This document shows, one piece after another, positions 33,616 through 48,109 of a stretch of 64,000 nt of DNA (its first letter is position 1; each line of letters begins with the position of its first letter). Below the pieces are notes generated by a model. That model did no database searches. It was given only the letters and a program-made list of their open reading frames with translations, and was not told where the DNA came from. The position numbers were made by a program, and so were the translations under genes. The stretch is from Eledone cirrhosa. Lineage: Eukaryota. The stretch spans positions 139,686,001-139,750,000 of the forward strand of contig OZ024741.1 in NCBI GenBank assembly GCA_964016885.1. The letters are read 5' to 3'.

Positions 33616-34691
33616 AAAGTTATATTTAAAATTGTTGGGTTACAACTAGTAAATATTTATAACTGATATAAAAGCACTCGACAAATATTTGGAGTATATT
33701 TACAATATTAAATAAATGGAAACTATATTTATAAAACCATATTTATTTCATTATATATATTTCGGGGATATCATATTAACAATATGCTATGCCTTCCTCA
33801 GACAAAATACAATATAAACAGTTTTATAGATAAATAGATTCGACATACCGTTATAACACCGACTTGGATTTGAAGAGGTTAAGCTGGCAGTGAAACATTT
33901 TTATACAGAGAGAAAGAAAGAGGAAAAAAAAAAAAAAAAAAAAGGAAGAAAGACAGAAAATGAAGAAAAGGAAGAAAAAGAAGAAATGCATCGAACAAAA
34001 AATATAGAGATGGAAAGATAGATAAAGAGAAGAACTTCATGTAAAGAAACAGAAAGAGATATATATATATAGAGAGAGAGGAAATAGATATAGATACATA
34101 TATATATAGAAAATTAGGTAGTGGGAGGTCATTTTGAGTAAATGTATCAATGATATATTTATTTATTTATTTATTTATTTAGCTCTAGTATTAATGTAAG
34201 GGAGATATATATATAGAGAGAAAAAAAATATAGAGAGAGAAAAAATAGCGAGAGAAAAAAATTTAAAAATAGCCAGATATATTCGAGGCGTAGAAACCCT
34301 ATGTCTTAATGTATTAGAATTCATAAAACTTCCACTATATTGTAGATATCAGTATTCCTGAATGAGACGAGTATCCATAGTGTGTGAAAATTAATTATCT
34401 TATGTTTAGTTTTTTAAAAAATTCATATGTTTATGTTATAGCTACAAACATCCATGCGAATCCACATTATCAACTCTGCAAAACTCTAAGTTCACGGAAA
34501 ACATTCTCAATGTGGTATAAAAATTTGAGTATACATATATGTGTATTAATTATTCCAGTCTTTACTCTACAAGATTATCTATCAAGCAGAAATAGAGAGC
34601 AGATTTCAATATACTAATAAAAATATATATCAGAAACAAAACTAAAAATAAAAAGATAACAATAATAATAACAATAATAATAAGCAAAGAA

Positions 34692-36044
34692 ATGCATATT
34701 ATATTATCGGCTAGGAAAACTTTGATAGAATTTAATGACAAATTATGGACCAGAGCAGATAGAGATAGCAATTTTGACATAACTATGGGATCTTCCGACT
34801 CAGCTCAGGTAACTGACCTTGTGGGCTTATTTTTAATCAATTCGCTAAATAGGAAAATACCTGGTACTACCGGAGGTTTATATAGGGATGACATGCTTTT
34901 ACTTATTAATAATAATTACCCTGAACTAAATAGAAAATGTAAACAAATTACAACATTTTTTAATTACTTTAACCTTAAAATAGAAATTGAGAACAACCAT
35001 AGAATAGTCAATTTCCTAGATATAACATTAAATCTCAACACATGTCTCCACTATTCTTTTCACAAGTTGAATGAAAACTTAAACTATGTCAACTTTAACT
35101 CTAACCACCCCAGATCTGTCAAAAACACTATAGTAAACTCTGTTCAAAAACGTATCTCTAGGATCTCGTCGAATAGAAAGATTTTTGACGAAAAGGCCAA
35201 ATACTATAATGAAGCATTAGCTAGGGCAGGATATGCTGATAAGATTGTGTACATAGATAATGATAGACAAACTAAACAAAGTAACAGCTTTTTTAATTAC
35301 GGCAACAACATTAACAACTATAATAGAAAGCATTACAATAATTCCAAAGGCCAAAAAAGAAATAGAACTAGGAACATAATTTGGTTTGCCCCCCCCCCTT
35401 TCTCACTAAACATTAAAACCCACATCGCTAAATTATTTTTCAAAGCTCTTGATAATCGCTTCCCTAGAACACATAGGTATCACTCAATTTTCAATAGGCA
35501 TACAATTAAATTAACCTACTCATCCACCAAAAATTTAGCACAAAATATTAATAGAATAAATAATAGGAACTTAAAACCTAGTGATAATAGCATAAATAAT
35601 ATACAAGTTAACAAATGTAACTGTAGAGATAGATCTAAATGTCCGTTAAATAACAACTGCTTAGTTAAAAATATAGTATACAATTGTAATGTTAATACTG
35701 ACTCTAATTCTTTTAACTACGTCGGTTCCACATCGACGGAATTTAAACTTCGCTATAATAACCACAAGAATTCTTTCACAGATCCAAGTAAAAAATCTTC
35801 AACGGCACTATCAGGCGTACTCTGGCAACTTAAGCTAGATAACGTTAGATATTCGACGGCTTGGAATATAGTCTCAAGGGGGATTCCTTTTAATTCATCC
35901 TCTGAGACATGTGACCTCTGCGCAGAGGAGATATTCTTTATACTAAAATCTAAAAATTCCCTTAATCTACGGACAAATTTATTCAGTTGTTGCAAACATA
36001 GATTAAACTCAACGTTTAAATATAAATTTAAATTTAAAATGTAG
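34692..36044 (+). CDS. Penelope-like reverse transcriptase (C-terminal part) + GIY-YIG endonuclease, open but 5'-truncated
   Basis: FDITMGS, GLYRDDML (YxDD), VNFLDITL, YVNFNSNHP, IIWFAPP, CNCR...CPLNNNCL, IVY...YVGST...FKLRYNNH, C-terminal CDLCAEE/CKH. 450 aa without stops. Confidence 0.92.
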   Translation: MHIILSARKTLIEFNDKLWTRADRDSNFDITMGSSDSAQVTDLVGLFLINSLNRKIPGTTGGLYRDDMLLLINNNYPELNRKCKQITTFFNYFNLKIEIENNHRIVNFLDITLNLNTCLHYSFHKLNENLNYVNFNSNHPRSVKNTIVNSVQKRISRISSNRKIFDEKAKYYNEALARAGYADKIVYIDNDRQTKQSNSFFNYGNNINNYNRKHYNNSKGQKRNRTRNIIWFAPPPFSLNIKTHIAKLFFKALDNRFPRTHRYHSIFNRHTIKLTYSSTKNLAQNINRINNRNLKPSDNSINNIQVNKCNCRDRSKCPLNNNCLVKNIVYNCNVNTDSNSFNYVGSTSTEFKLRYNNHKNSFTDPSKKSSTALSGVLWQLKLDNVRYSTAWNIVSRGIPFNSSSETCDLCAEEIFFILKSKNSLNLRTNLFSCCKHRLNSTFKYKFKFKM

Positions 36045-37420
36045 TATATTTAGTTTGATTTATATTTATATGGGAAACTAGCCGATAAATTTTTGATTCC
36101 TAAACTTTTGATTCCTTCTTTTTATTCTTTTTTTATTGTTTATTTTTATTTTATTTTTATTTAAACATTCCTCATGAAAAATTAAGCTACCCTAAAAGCT
36201 GATGCTCCAAATATTTTGAATAAACCTTACACTAGATAAACTTCTTTTTGAGATGATCTTTGCTAGATGTGATTTGATAGATAATTTTTGGCTTTGTCTT
36301 ATAATGAACTTGGCAATATATTGTCAATTAATTTTGAAGGGTTGATCTTTGTGGTTTATTTTTATTTTTTATTATTGTAGTATTTTATGATATTTTTTAT
36401 TTTTAATATCTTTAATATATAAATTTTTTAATACGTAATATTTTTTAATACGTAATATTTTTTAGTATGTAATATTTTTAATATGTAATATTCTTTCGTA
36501 ATATTTTTTTAGTTTTCTATTTTATTATTACTTATTATTATTATTGTTATCTTTTTATTTTTAGTTTTGTTTCTGATATATATTTTTATTAGTATATTGA
36601 AATCTGCTCTCTATTTCTGCTTGATAGTAGAGTAAAGACTGTAGAGTAAAGCTTGTAGAGTAAAGACTGGAATAATTAATACACATATATGTATACTCAA
36701 ATTTGTATACCACATTGAGAATGTTTTCCGTGAACTTAGAGTTTGCAGAGTTCATAATGTGGATTCGCATGGATGTTTGTAGCTATAACATAAACATATG
36801 AATTTTTTAAAAAACTAAACATAAGATAATTAATTTTCACACACTATGGATACTCGTCTCATTCAGGAATACTGATATTTACAATATAGCGGAAGTTTTA
36901 TGAATTCTAATACATTAAGACATAGGGTTTCTACGCCTCGAATATATCTGGCTATTTTTAAATTTTTTTTCTCTCGCTATTTTTTCTCTCTCTATATTTT
37001 TTTTCTCTATATATATATATCTCCCTTACATTAATACTAGAGCTAAATAAATAAATAAATAAATAAATAAATATATCATTGATACATTTACTCAAAATGA
37101 CCTCCCACTACCTAATTTTCTATATATATATGTATCTATATCTATTTCCTCTCTCTCTCTATATATATATATCTCTTTCTGTTTCTTTACATGAAGTTCT
37201 TCTCTTTATCTATCTTTCCATCTCTATATTTTTTGTTCCATGCATTTCTTCTTTTTCTTCCTTTTCTTCGTTTTCTGTCTTTCTTCCTTTTTTTTTTTTT
37301 TTTTTTTTTCTCTCTTTCTCTCTGTATAAAATTTTTTCACTGCCAGCTTAACCTCTTCAAATCCAAGTCGGTGTTATAACGGTATGTCGAATATATTTAT
37401 CTATAAAACTGTTTATATTG

Positions 37421-37486
37421 TATTTTGTCTGAGGAAGGCATAGCATATTGTTAATATGATATCCCCGAAATATATATAATGAAATA
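37421..37486 (+). ncRNA. Type I hammerhead ribozyme (family A)
   Basis: tattttgt-CTGAGGA-aggcatagcatatt...aatatgatatcccc-GAAA-tatata-TA-atgaaata. The antisense copy at ~33745-33810 has the same CTGAGGA variant. Confidence 0.72.
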
Positions 37487-37523
37487 AATATGGTTTTATA
37501 AATATAGTTTCCATTTATTTAAT

Positions 37524-37529
<6 letters not shown>

Positions 37530-37596
<67 letters not shown>

Positions 37597-37599
37597 TAA

Positions 37600-37647
<48 letters not shown>

Positions 37648-38001
37648 ATATAGTTGTATACACGTTTGTGTGTGTATAGATTGTACACTTGTGCGTGGTT
37701 TTGCATCTATGCGTATGTATGCGTTTTTGTATTTGTATTTGAAATTTTTTTTATGTGTGAGAGTGTGTGAATGCGATGACTATTTCGTGCGTATGTATAT
37801 GTGCTTTTGTGTGTGTTTCTTACCACGCTTGTCTGTCCAGTTTGCTGCCTTATGTAACGGTCTCAATGTTTTTATAATATATATATATATATATATATTT
37901 TTTTTCCTATATTTATTTGCGTGTGTGAATATGTAGAGGAGTGCATTTATGTATGTGTATGCATGTACGTGTGTATATATGTTTGATTGTGTGAATGTAT
38001 G

Positions 38002-38057
<56 letters not shown>

Positions 38058-38240
38058 GGTATGGCTATGTGTACGTATGTGTATGCGTGTACGCACGCGC
38101 ATATATATATATATATGTATGTATATATATGCGTGTATATATGTGTGTGTGTGTGTGTGTGTGTATGTGTGTGTATATATGCATGTGTGTGTGTGTATGT
38201 GTGTGTGTATGTATATATATGTATGCGTGTGTGTGTGTAG

Positions 38241-38323
<83 letters not shown>

Positions 38324-38662
38324 TGTGTGTATGAATGTTTGTATATGTTTGTTCTTAGAGGAACAAAGGCAGACCGATTTCTGTATTCAGATTGGAGCCA
38401 ATCCTTATCAATCTGTTTCACTTTTGCTTACACGTGTCTGTAAGATCAATATGGGGTCAGTCATGGTAGATAGATTTGGAGGAAGGGGAGATCCTTAAAA
38501 GCTAAATTATTAAAGGTTCTAGTAAATTGACGAAGGTTTAGGGAATTCTGTAATCATTTTCTAAGTATAATCTAATTAACGAGACACTTGCACGCACACA
38601 CATGTGTATGGGGGAAATATATTTATATTTGTATACGCGTGCGTGCGTGCGCGCATACACAT

Positions 38663-38701
<39 letters not shown>

Positions 38702-38860
38702 CATATACAGATTCTCATCTATATTAAAACTTTCATGCTCTGCGGTGTACTGAGTGCCTTGCTTACTGTGGCTGCCTCCGATTCAACCCGGAATAACGTG
38801 TGTGTGTATGCGTGTGTGTGTATGTGTGTGTGTGTATGTGTGTGTGTGTGTGTGTGCTTT
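37530..38860. repeat. Compound (TA)n/(TG)n microsatellite field
   Basis: Directly visible. It accounts for the many low-complexity ORFs here. Confidence 0.9.
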
Positions 38861-39085
38861 TATGGTTTTTCGTGTATGTGTGGTTGTATGTGTAGTCTTA
38901 TTTTATTTTTCCTTTCCTTCTTCCTTCTCCAGCCTAACTTTCATATAGCTTGCATTTTTGTTTTTTTAAGATCCAAATTCAATAAACAAACCAGAATTTG
39001 TTCATTCTGAGGATTGAAAGCAAAACCTTTTGCTTTTAAGAAACCACTGGTAAATGGAATAATTGCCTTACGTTGTTTATTACAT

Positions 39086-39185
<100 letters not shown>

Positions 39186-39201
39186 TAAATATATATATAT
39201 A

Positions 39202-39480
39202 TAGTATTAAAAAAAACGAAAAATCAGTGATGCAGCTGGACTCAATTTATTGCGTGTTACAATTGTTTCGCGTCAGGGACCTCGAGACATGAATCAGCCA
39301 GATCCATACAGTGTCTTGAGCCTCCTGCCGCCGAAATAATTGTAACACGCAATAAATTGATTCCAGATGCATCACTGACTTTTCGTTTTGTTTATACTAT
39401 CTCTACTCGACTCTGCTGAATATTGAGTCCTAATTTTGGCATACCCCCTAGAGAAGCACCATAGCTACCATTATATACAA

Positions 39481-39481
<1 letters not shown>
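39202..39481. mobile_element. Miniature fold-back element (family G) with partial hammerhead and ~80-bp tail in (TA)n
   Basis: Imperfect hairpin 39202-39399. Each arm carries GAAA(c/t)AATTG-TA, a palindromic stem III plus cleavage site, facing a central hairpin. Confidence 0.65.
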
Positions 39482-39560
<79 letters not shown>

Positions 39561-39583
39561 ATATATTTATATATATACATATA

Positions 39584-40840
39584 TAAAATAAAGTTATTAA
39601 GTCAAATATTTAAGATTTGGCTTCGTTTATTAAAGATGTACTGCTATATATATTTCGGTGACAGCCATCATTATTGGCTGTGACCTCTTCGGGCAGTTCG
39701 AATTCGTGTGGTAGAGACATGTACACATGTTGTTAAAGTGTTTTACTTCGTCAATACTGCGATATGTCCAGCTTCTGGTTGGGTTGTTATTTCTCTGAGG
39801 AACTGGAACCAAATGAATTCGAACAAACGGTTTTCGGTATCATAGGACACTCTCACCTCCCATTGGTCAGTTGTGAGAACATTCCTCAGTCAAAAGTCTA
39901 TAGAAAATTGTTTCTGAGGCAAGACAATCTGTTGTGGTTGTTTTTGTTAAGCACAGCTGACCTTGTGTTTATTGGTGTTAGGGGGTCAGCTGGCAGGTCA
40001 GCCTTAGTTCTACTGCTGCTGTCTTTAGAAGAATGAGTGTGTGTGGGTTGGCATCAATCCTACCACCCTTTCACGTGGTGGGAGGGGGTGGGGTGCAAAA
40101 CAGATAATGGTTTCTACTTTAGGCACAAGGCCAGCAAATACCCAGTGCATTACTGGTACTTTATTTTATCGACCCCGTAAGGATGAAAGGCAAAGTCAAC
40201 CTCGGCGGGATTTGAACTCAGATTGTCAGATAATGGAATCAGATAAGGTAAAATGAAGAAATAATATATAAAAGAATAAGATAAAATAAATAATAAAATA
40301 ATAAGATACGATACAACAAAATGAAGAAGTAAGAAGATAAATAAATAAATGAATACAATAGAATAAAATGCGTGTTTGTTATAGCAATATCAAATATCAA
40401 AGACGAATAAAGTGCGTGTGTGTTATAGCCAATATTAAAGTTTGAAAGATTTGGAAAATATTGACTGAAGTATAAAGGCTATGTGTCAGAATCGGGAAAT
40501 GCAAAGGATTACGATCTTTACACTATCATGGGTTGGTGCGTTTTAAGAGCAAATGAGGCAGGAGTGGAGTGTAAAGCACCATAACCTGAGTGTCAAAATC
40601 CGGAAATGCAGAGGACTACAGTTTTTAATTCAGCATAGAGTACATATCCGTGTATGTCAACCCACATCGTTGCAAGCCCACACGCACCAACACGAGCCCA
40701 GGTGCATCCCATATTCACACACACCCACGCACATACAGATTATACAAACACACACACACCCATATATATATATATGTATATATATACTCGCACACACACG
40801 CACACACACATACACACACACACGCGCACACACACACACA

Positions 40841-40903
<63 letters not shown>

Positions 40904-42303
40904 GTAAGTATCAGTGCATGTACAATCTTAAATAACAGGATCTATGTATGGACATATGCGTAAGTCTGTGCTGCGATAGGAATCGATCGAGACAGGGGTA
41001 GGGGTGCTAACAGTGTAGGGGGTGGTTTACCGTGGGCTCGGTGTGGCGGGGCTACTGTCTCTATAGCTTGAGGGAAGTTCCCTTCCCAATGCGTTGTTGT
41101 TGCCCATATTGCTAGAGGATCATCCCGGCCCTGGGGTGTCTACATGTCCCGGGCAAGTCCCTATAGCTTGAGGGATGTTCCCATCCCAAAGTGTTGTTAT
41201 TGTTCATATAGCTTGAGGAAGGTTCGGGCCTGGGGTGTCTACATGTGGGTTGACATACACGCATATATACTCTATGCCGAATTAAAAATTGTAGTCCTCT
41301 ACATTTCTGGATTTTGACACTCAGGTTATGGTGTTTTACACTCCACTCCTGCCTCATTTGCTCTTAAAATGCACCAACCCATGATAGTGTAAAGATCGTA
41401 ATCCTTTGCATTTCCCGATTCTGACACATAGCCTTTATACTTCAGTCAATATTTTCCAAATCTTTCAAACTTTAATATTAGCTATAACACACACGCACAT
41501 TATTCTTCTTTGATATTTGATATTGGCTATAACAAACATTTTATTCTATTTTATTCATTTATTTTTTTTTTTTTACTTCTTCATTTTATTGTATCGTATC
41601 TTATTATTTTATTATTTATTTTATCTTATTCTTTTATGTTTTATTTCTTCATTTTACCTTATCTGATTCCATTATCTGTTTGCCCCCCCCCCCCCCCCTC
41701 CCCCCATCACGTGAAAGTGTGGTAGCATTGATGCCAACCCACACACACACTCATTCTTCTAAGGACAGCAGTTGTAGAACTAAGGCTGACCTGCCAGCTG
41801 ACTCCCTATTACCAATAAACACAAGGGAGGAGGTCAGCTGTACTTAACAAAAACAACCACAACAGATTGTTGTTGCCTCAGATAAATTTCTATAGACTTT
41901 TGACTGAGGAATGTTCTCACAACTGACCAATGGGAGGAGAGAGTGTCCTATGATGCCGAAAATCGTTTGTTCGAACTCATATGGTTCCAGTTCCTCAGAG
42001 AAATAACAACCCAACTAGGAGCTGGACATATTGGTGTAGTGACGAAGTAAAACACTTTAACAACATGTGTACATGTCCCTACCACACGAATTCGAACTGC
42101 CTGAAAAGGTCACAGCCAATGATGGCTGTCACCGAAACATATATAGCAGTACATCTTTAATAAAAGAAGCCAAATCTTAAATATTTGACTTAATAACTTT
42201 ATTTTACATTACTCCGGAGTAACCATACCAACCTGCGCACTTCGACGAGTGCTCCAATCCGCATACTGAGGTGTTGGTAAACAACCAACATATACTCAAC
42301 ACA
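39584..42303. mobile_element. Older fold-back element (family C), ~1-kb diverged inverted arms with hammerhead motifs and ~95-bp tail
   Basis: Arms ~39584-40667 / ~41242-42206. Hammerheads at 39640-39697 (-, core CCGAAGA) and 42096-42150 (+, core CTGAAAA) have stem I actgc/gcagt. Confidence 0.85.
40111..40226 (-). mobile_element. 5'-truncated SINE with 10-bp target-site duplication, inserted in one arm of the family C element
   Basis: TSD cagataatgg at 40101-40110 and 40227-40236. Absent from the opposite arm (~41670). Confidence 0.88.
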
Positions 42304-42327
42304 TATATATATATATATATATAATGC

Positions 42328-42369
<42 letters not shown>

Positions 42370-42640
42370 GCACAATGCGGACAAAGAAGGGTAATGTTTG
42401 ATAAATCTAAATAAGAATTGCATAATTTGTGTAAGATAACTCCAGATACGCAGAAAAATGGACAGTTAATCTAACAACGCTTATCTAATGTATAGTATAG
42501 GATTCTATTTTCATGTTATATATGAATTTTTATTACACGTGACAGGTAATGTGTATGAAATATTCGATAATCATTTACAATAAATATTTAACTAGTTGTC
42601 ACAAACTCTGTTTGCTCTGGTGCATACTCATTTTTATACA

Positions 42641-42694
<54 letters not shown>

Positions 42695-43734
42695 TTTCAT
42701 ATGTGATTGCTTATATATATATGTGGGTGGGTGTGTGTGTGTGTATGGAGTCATTAAAATGATCTGTATAATATCATCTGACACTCGGACTTACTACAAC
42801 ATTCACCGTTATATATATGTTGAACAGAATTGTGTGTGACAAGTGTTACCCTTTGCATTACAGCTACATTCCATCTTGTATTATAGTGTAAGTAGCTGCG
42901 CATTCCAGAGACACGTGTTCATATTCAACATAAACTACTGGGTTATCCTAATACAATCCATTAGTTTACCAAAACCATGGCCACTGTGTATGATTATTCT
43001 TATATCATATCTAGTCATTCTGGTTATATATGCCATAACAACCCTTTACTTCTAAAATGCCATACGACCAACGATACAGCCGTCCATATTGATGGCATGG
43101 ATTCATTGGTATGATAATAAACTAAAGCACGACATGCAAGAAACGTTGAATGAGATAAATGAATCATGACAGTTTAAAGAAATTCAGTGAATGTTAGTTT
43201 TTATAATGATCATGTTCTATTTTCACAATCATAATTTTAATATAGATTTGTTGAAGCAACGTGACTGAAGTCAAATTTCCATTAAATATACTTTGTTGTT
43301 ACAGACGTAAAAAATAATACGGCCAAAGAAATGTATACTGTTGTACCGTGTTAATAAAGATCTGTAAAATATTGTATTTGCATCCAATAGTTAATGGTAG
43401 AAATATACAAAAGTATTTTTGCAGGTGTAGTTTAATGATAAGAGGGTGTGCATTAGTTATGCGTTGAACATAATAGGTGGGAATATACAAAGTGGTTCCA
43501 GATGTTTTTGATGTTTGGAAGCAGAATGTTAGTAATACGATTATAGGAATAATTAGAAGGCTGGAACAGGTTATTGGAAAATATTGCATTCTTGAAATCT
43601 GCGAGGTTAAACAGTACAAAAGTAAGCTATCTAATAAGTATACTGTCATGGCAACGGAGAAATTAGCGTCAAACTCTGTTGGTATACGTTATACGATGGT
43701 GGAAACTGAAGAATTGTAAATAAATAAAACCTCG

Positions 43735-43792
<58 letters not shown>

Positions 43793-44369
43793 ATACTTTG
43801 GGAGGGTCATGTTACCAATAAAAAACACACGCACCAGCTGCTTTCACTTCAATTTATTATAATAAATTTATAAATTGAGGAATTTATAACTTTCCGGTTG
43901 GTTGGTTGGTTTTACAACCGGATGGTTGAAAGGAGAAGGGAGACTATGGACAAAGAAAATAACCAAGACGAACACACAGACACAGAAAATAGAGTAGATA
44001 ATAACAATGAGCCAGTGGAAAGAGACAGGAGTAATAATTAGAGACATAGAAACAACCATGATGCTGTTGGTGGAAATAGAAATAGAAACAACACAACTAA
44101 CAATAACAATAGCACTAGTACACATAAAGCAGCAGCCTGGAACTCTAGTTTTTATAATCCCTCCGATAAGTCGTTCGACCTGCGACGAGTCCACGCCACG
44201 ACTTTACCATTTAACAAACGCACGCAATTTCCGTCGCAGGTCGATGAACAAACAGAAGCACAATTTAGTATAGCTACATCTGAACTTAGAAATATTATAG
44301 AACAGTATAGCAAGCAGCATAATAGAATGGAGGCCCAGCAACTGGGAGAAAAATCTGCAAATGGCTTGC

Positions 44370-46500
44370 GTAAGCTCATGCAGCGCTCGCGTAATGGAGA
44401 GATAGCATGCTTTCCAACAGACAAGTCTGGCAGAATGTCTGCCAAACCACATCCAGGCAATGCAACCCCACATCACTAACACAGGAGAAGTAACACCACA
44501 AGAGCATGATGATAGAGAAAAAGACCTCAATGCCCACATGGTGATGTGGACGAATATAATGCAGACCAACAAAAGCACTGCCAACAACTTCCAGGCCTGG
44601 AACAATGACGTGCCGGCGTTGTATGAGCTTCGAAAAGACCATAAAACGGCAAGTGACCCTGTCACGGGACCACCAATACGGCCGGTCGGTGGCGCTAACA
44701 TTGCTAGTAACTACAGACTGTCCTACTTCCTCTCCCTGATCATACGCCCCATCATTGAAATGTCCCCAGATGTATGTGACAGCACGGAGAAGCTCCTCAG
44801 CAGAATCGGCGAGAATAACCGATCTAGGGACCTAACAAACTGCATAATAGGTAGTATGGATGTTGTGTCCCTGTATCCATCTATTGACGTGGATTTTGCT
44901 GTGGAGAAATGCGTAGAAATGATCAGTGAGAGCAATGTTGAGTTCCGTGGGATAGATACCAGTGAGCTGGGACACCTACTTAAACTTACCTATAGTAATA
45001 ATTACCTAGACACATATTACCTTAGCAACCTGTGCCCTACAAGACCAGCAAGAGGCAGACCACCTACCATTACCTCAATGGCCAAGAACACGCACACAGA
45101 TAGATGGAACGGGTGGACGAGAGCCATACGGACACCCGAAAACCACGATGAACTAAAGAAAATGATTGCACATGCGGTGAGGGCCAGCATAAAATTAACC
45201 CTTAAGGAACATATGTTAAAATTTAATGGAAAAACATAAGCCCAGGAGAAAGGAGCAGCCATTGGTGTTAGCATTGCAGGCGACATAGCTAACTTATTCA
45301 TGGTATGGTGGGACTGTAGACTTAAACTTAAACTTAAAGAACAATTAGAAGACCCCTTAACCCTGATAATGTACTCCCGCTACGTTGATGATATAAACAT
45401 CGTAGTTAAAACACCCCCACTAGAGAATAGTCAGGAACTAGAGAAAAACACAATGGAGAGCATCCAGCAAATAGCTAACTCCATCCACCAGAGTATTAAA
45501 GTTACTATAGATTACCCAAGTAAACACCCCAACCATCGATTACCTGTACTAGACACAGAGCTCTGGTTAGATACCATTAATAACCAAAAACAAATCGTCC
45601 ATTCCCATTTGGCCAAACCCATGACTTCGAAATATCTGATGCACAGAAAATCAGCTGTTTCGGACCATACCAAAATCAACATACTAATTGCGGATTTGGT
45701 ACGGGTGATGAGAAACTTGTCCCGCATGTGCAACCCCGAAGAACTAGAGAGACACATACAACACTTAATCCACCGTATGCAGTTCTCTGGTTACAATCAG
45801 AGAGATAAAATCAGAGTGTATAGAGGAGCCAGAACCAAATGGGAAAAAAGGGAAATAATGACACAAATGGGACCTGCCCCTTGTATAGGAGCAAATTTTG
45901 GAATAGAATAGACAGAACTAGGAATAAGGGTAATAGAATAAACTCATGGTATGATAGCAATAAATACCAGAGTGTAATGTTCATCGATACAACCCCTAGA
46001 GGTGAATTAGCTTACAAATTTAGAAGGGCCCTAGATAAACATAAACTCAATATTAAGATAGTAGAAAGACCAGGTACCTCCGTAAAAACACTTATTTGCA
46101 AGACATACCCTTTTCAAAGACCCCCCTGTATAGATAAGAAATGTATAACCTGTAAATTAAGTCCCCATATTAACTGTAAAATTAGAAATGTAGTATATAG
46201 CATAAGATGTACTGAAGGACAATGTAGAGACAAAAATATAGTGTACATAGGTGAGACAGCTCGTAGTGTAGGGGAACGGATAAATGAACACTGACGAGAC
46301 CTTCAAGATAGTAAAGAATCATCTGTACTCTACCAACATGCTAAAATAGAACATAAGGGTAAATTAGAGTGCATAGAAATAAAAATAGAATCTACACACA
46401 GAAAAGACGCAATGTTTAGACAAAACACTGAGGCAATAAACATAAAAGAATTACAACCAAAATTAAATAGAAAATATGAGTGGAACAGCAACATCACAAC
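44370..46500 (+). pseudogene. Penelope-like RT + GIY-YIG endonuclease, disrupted
   Basis: PTDKSG, LYELRKDHK, PIRPV, SMDVVSLYPSID, QEKGAAIG, RYVDD, LPVLD, CITC...NCKIRNVVYSIRC...VYIGET.RS..ER..EH. Contains stops and frameshifts. Confidence 0.92.
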
Positions 46501-46711
46501 TTACAATTATGGACAAAATGAAAACACACGCTCACATAGAACAAACAACCAGCCTGTAACATGTAAATAAACAAATAAATAAACGAATATAAACACACAC
46601 GGACAACCGGATGTGGCGCATGCGCAGACTGAGCACACAACACACACACAGAAACAAAATGGCGTAGGACAGAACAAAGGAGAGGCACAAAAACAAAGAA
46701 AAGAATTCCCA

Positions 46712-46755
46712 GTCACTGAAGAGGTCACATAATGTGCGACGAAAGAATTTTTGAC
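46712..46755 (+). ncRNA. Type I hammerhead ribozyme (family B)
   Basis: gtca-CTGAAGA-ggtcacataatgtgcgac-GAAA-gaatt-TT-tgac, located in the 3' UTR/pLTR. Confidence 0.7.
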
Positions 46756-47066
46756 AATATATAAACAACCATCCGGTTGTGGAACCAACCAACCAACCAG
46801 AAATTTATAAATTCCTCAATTTATAAATTTATTATAATAAATTGAAGTGAAAGCAACTGGTGCCTGTGTTTCTTATTGGCAACAGTATAACAATATCGGT
46901 TTCAAAACACGTTTTCAGATAAAGAATATTGCTAAACAAATTCAGAAACGAAATATATATATATATATATATATTGTATGTTTACAGTGTAAACATTTAG
47001 GAAGTCGTAGCTGTGCATAAACCACCGGGGCCCTCTGGTGGTGTCGAGCAAAAGCAAGTGGGACAA

Positions 47067-47107
47067 TCGTCGATGCATTTCAGACTTGACCGGTCTTCTC
47101 GGGACGA
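47067..47107 (-). ncRNA. Degenerate hammerhead motif
   Basis: tcgtc-CCGAGAA-gaccggtcaagtct-GAAA-tgca-TC-gacga. Stems are intact and the core is mutated. Confidence 0.4.
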
Positions 47108-47635
47108 CCTCTCCCACGCTTGCGACTGCTGGACTTAAAAACAGTCTGTGTAAATGAAGTGATTAATCTCATTTGCATATGAAGCTGTATATGTTGGCTC
47201 AACTTATAATAGAATAGAAATAGGATTTAACTTCAAGCATAGCTGTATACAGGTACGTATAGAAATTTCGTATTTCTAAAGAAACACCGCAGATAATAAA
47301 CAACACAATATAATGCATGTCTGTATAAATATTTATACATATATATATATATCTTTATCCCTAATTTTACGTTCTGTTTCTGTGTATACATGACTTATTT
47401 CCCGTTATTCTATTTCAGCCTCACTTTCATTTAAAATAGATTTTAATTTCATATCTTATATCCAATTTGAAGATTTCTATCTGATGAACGACTTCAAACG
47501 CCTCTGTTAGACTCGTCTGACTTCGGAAAACCTTGCGTAATGGAATAATTATATTGTGTTGTTTATTACATAATTAAATTGCTCTCTACTATAAATAGAG
47601 CACTCTTCTTTTCGGTAAATTTTCAACGGAAATAC

Positions 47636-48102
<467 letters not shown>

Positions 48103-48109
<7 letters not shown>

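Larger units (their letters stand above)
43786..46953 (+). mobile_element. Penelope-like retroelement family B with short inverted 5' pLTR fragment and 3' tail
   Basis: 43786-43928 is the inverse of ~46767-46895. Both ends lie in (TA)n. Confidence 0.92.

Noticed and set aside
37515-38948. Many long ORFs of [12 protein letters not shown] type here and elsewhere
   Set aside because: Translations of (TA)n, (TG)n and (CA)n microsatellites.
43299-43719. ORFs that might be another PLE remnant
   Set aside because: No diagnostic motif could be read confidently.
46292-46294. In-frame TGA in the PLE endonuclease as possible selenocysteine (as in Naiad PLEs)
   Set aside because: Not at a Cys position, and the ORF also has TAA stops and frameshifts, so it is ordinary decay.
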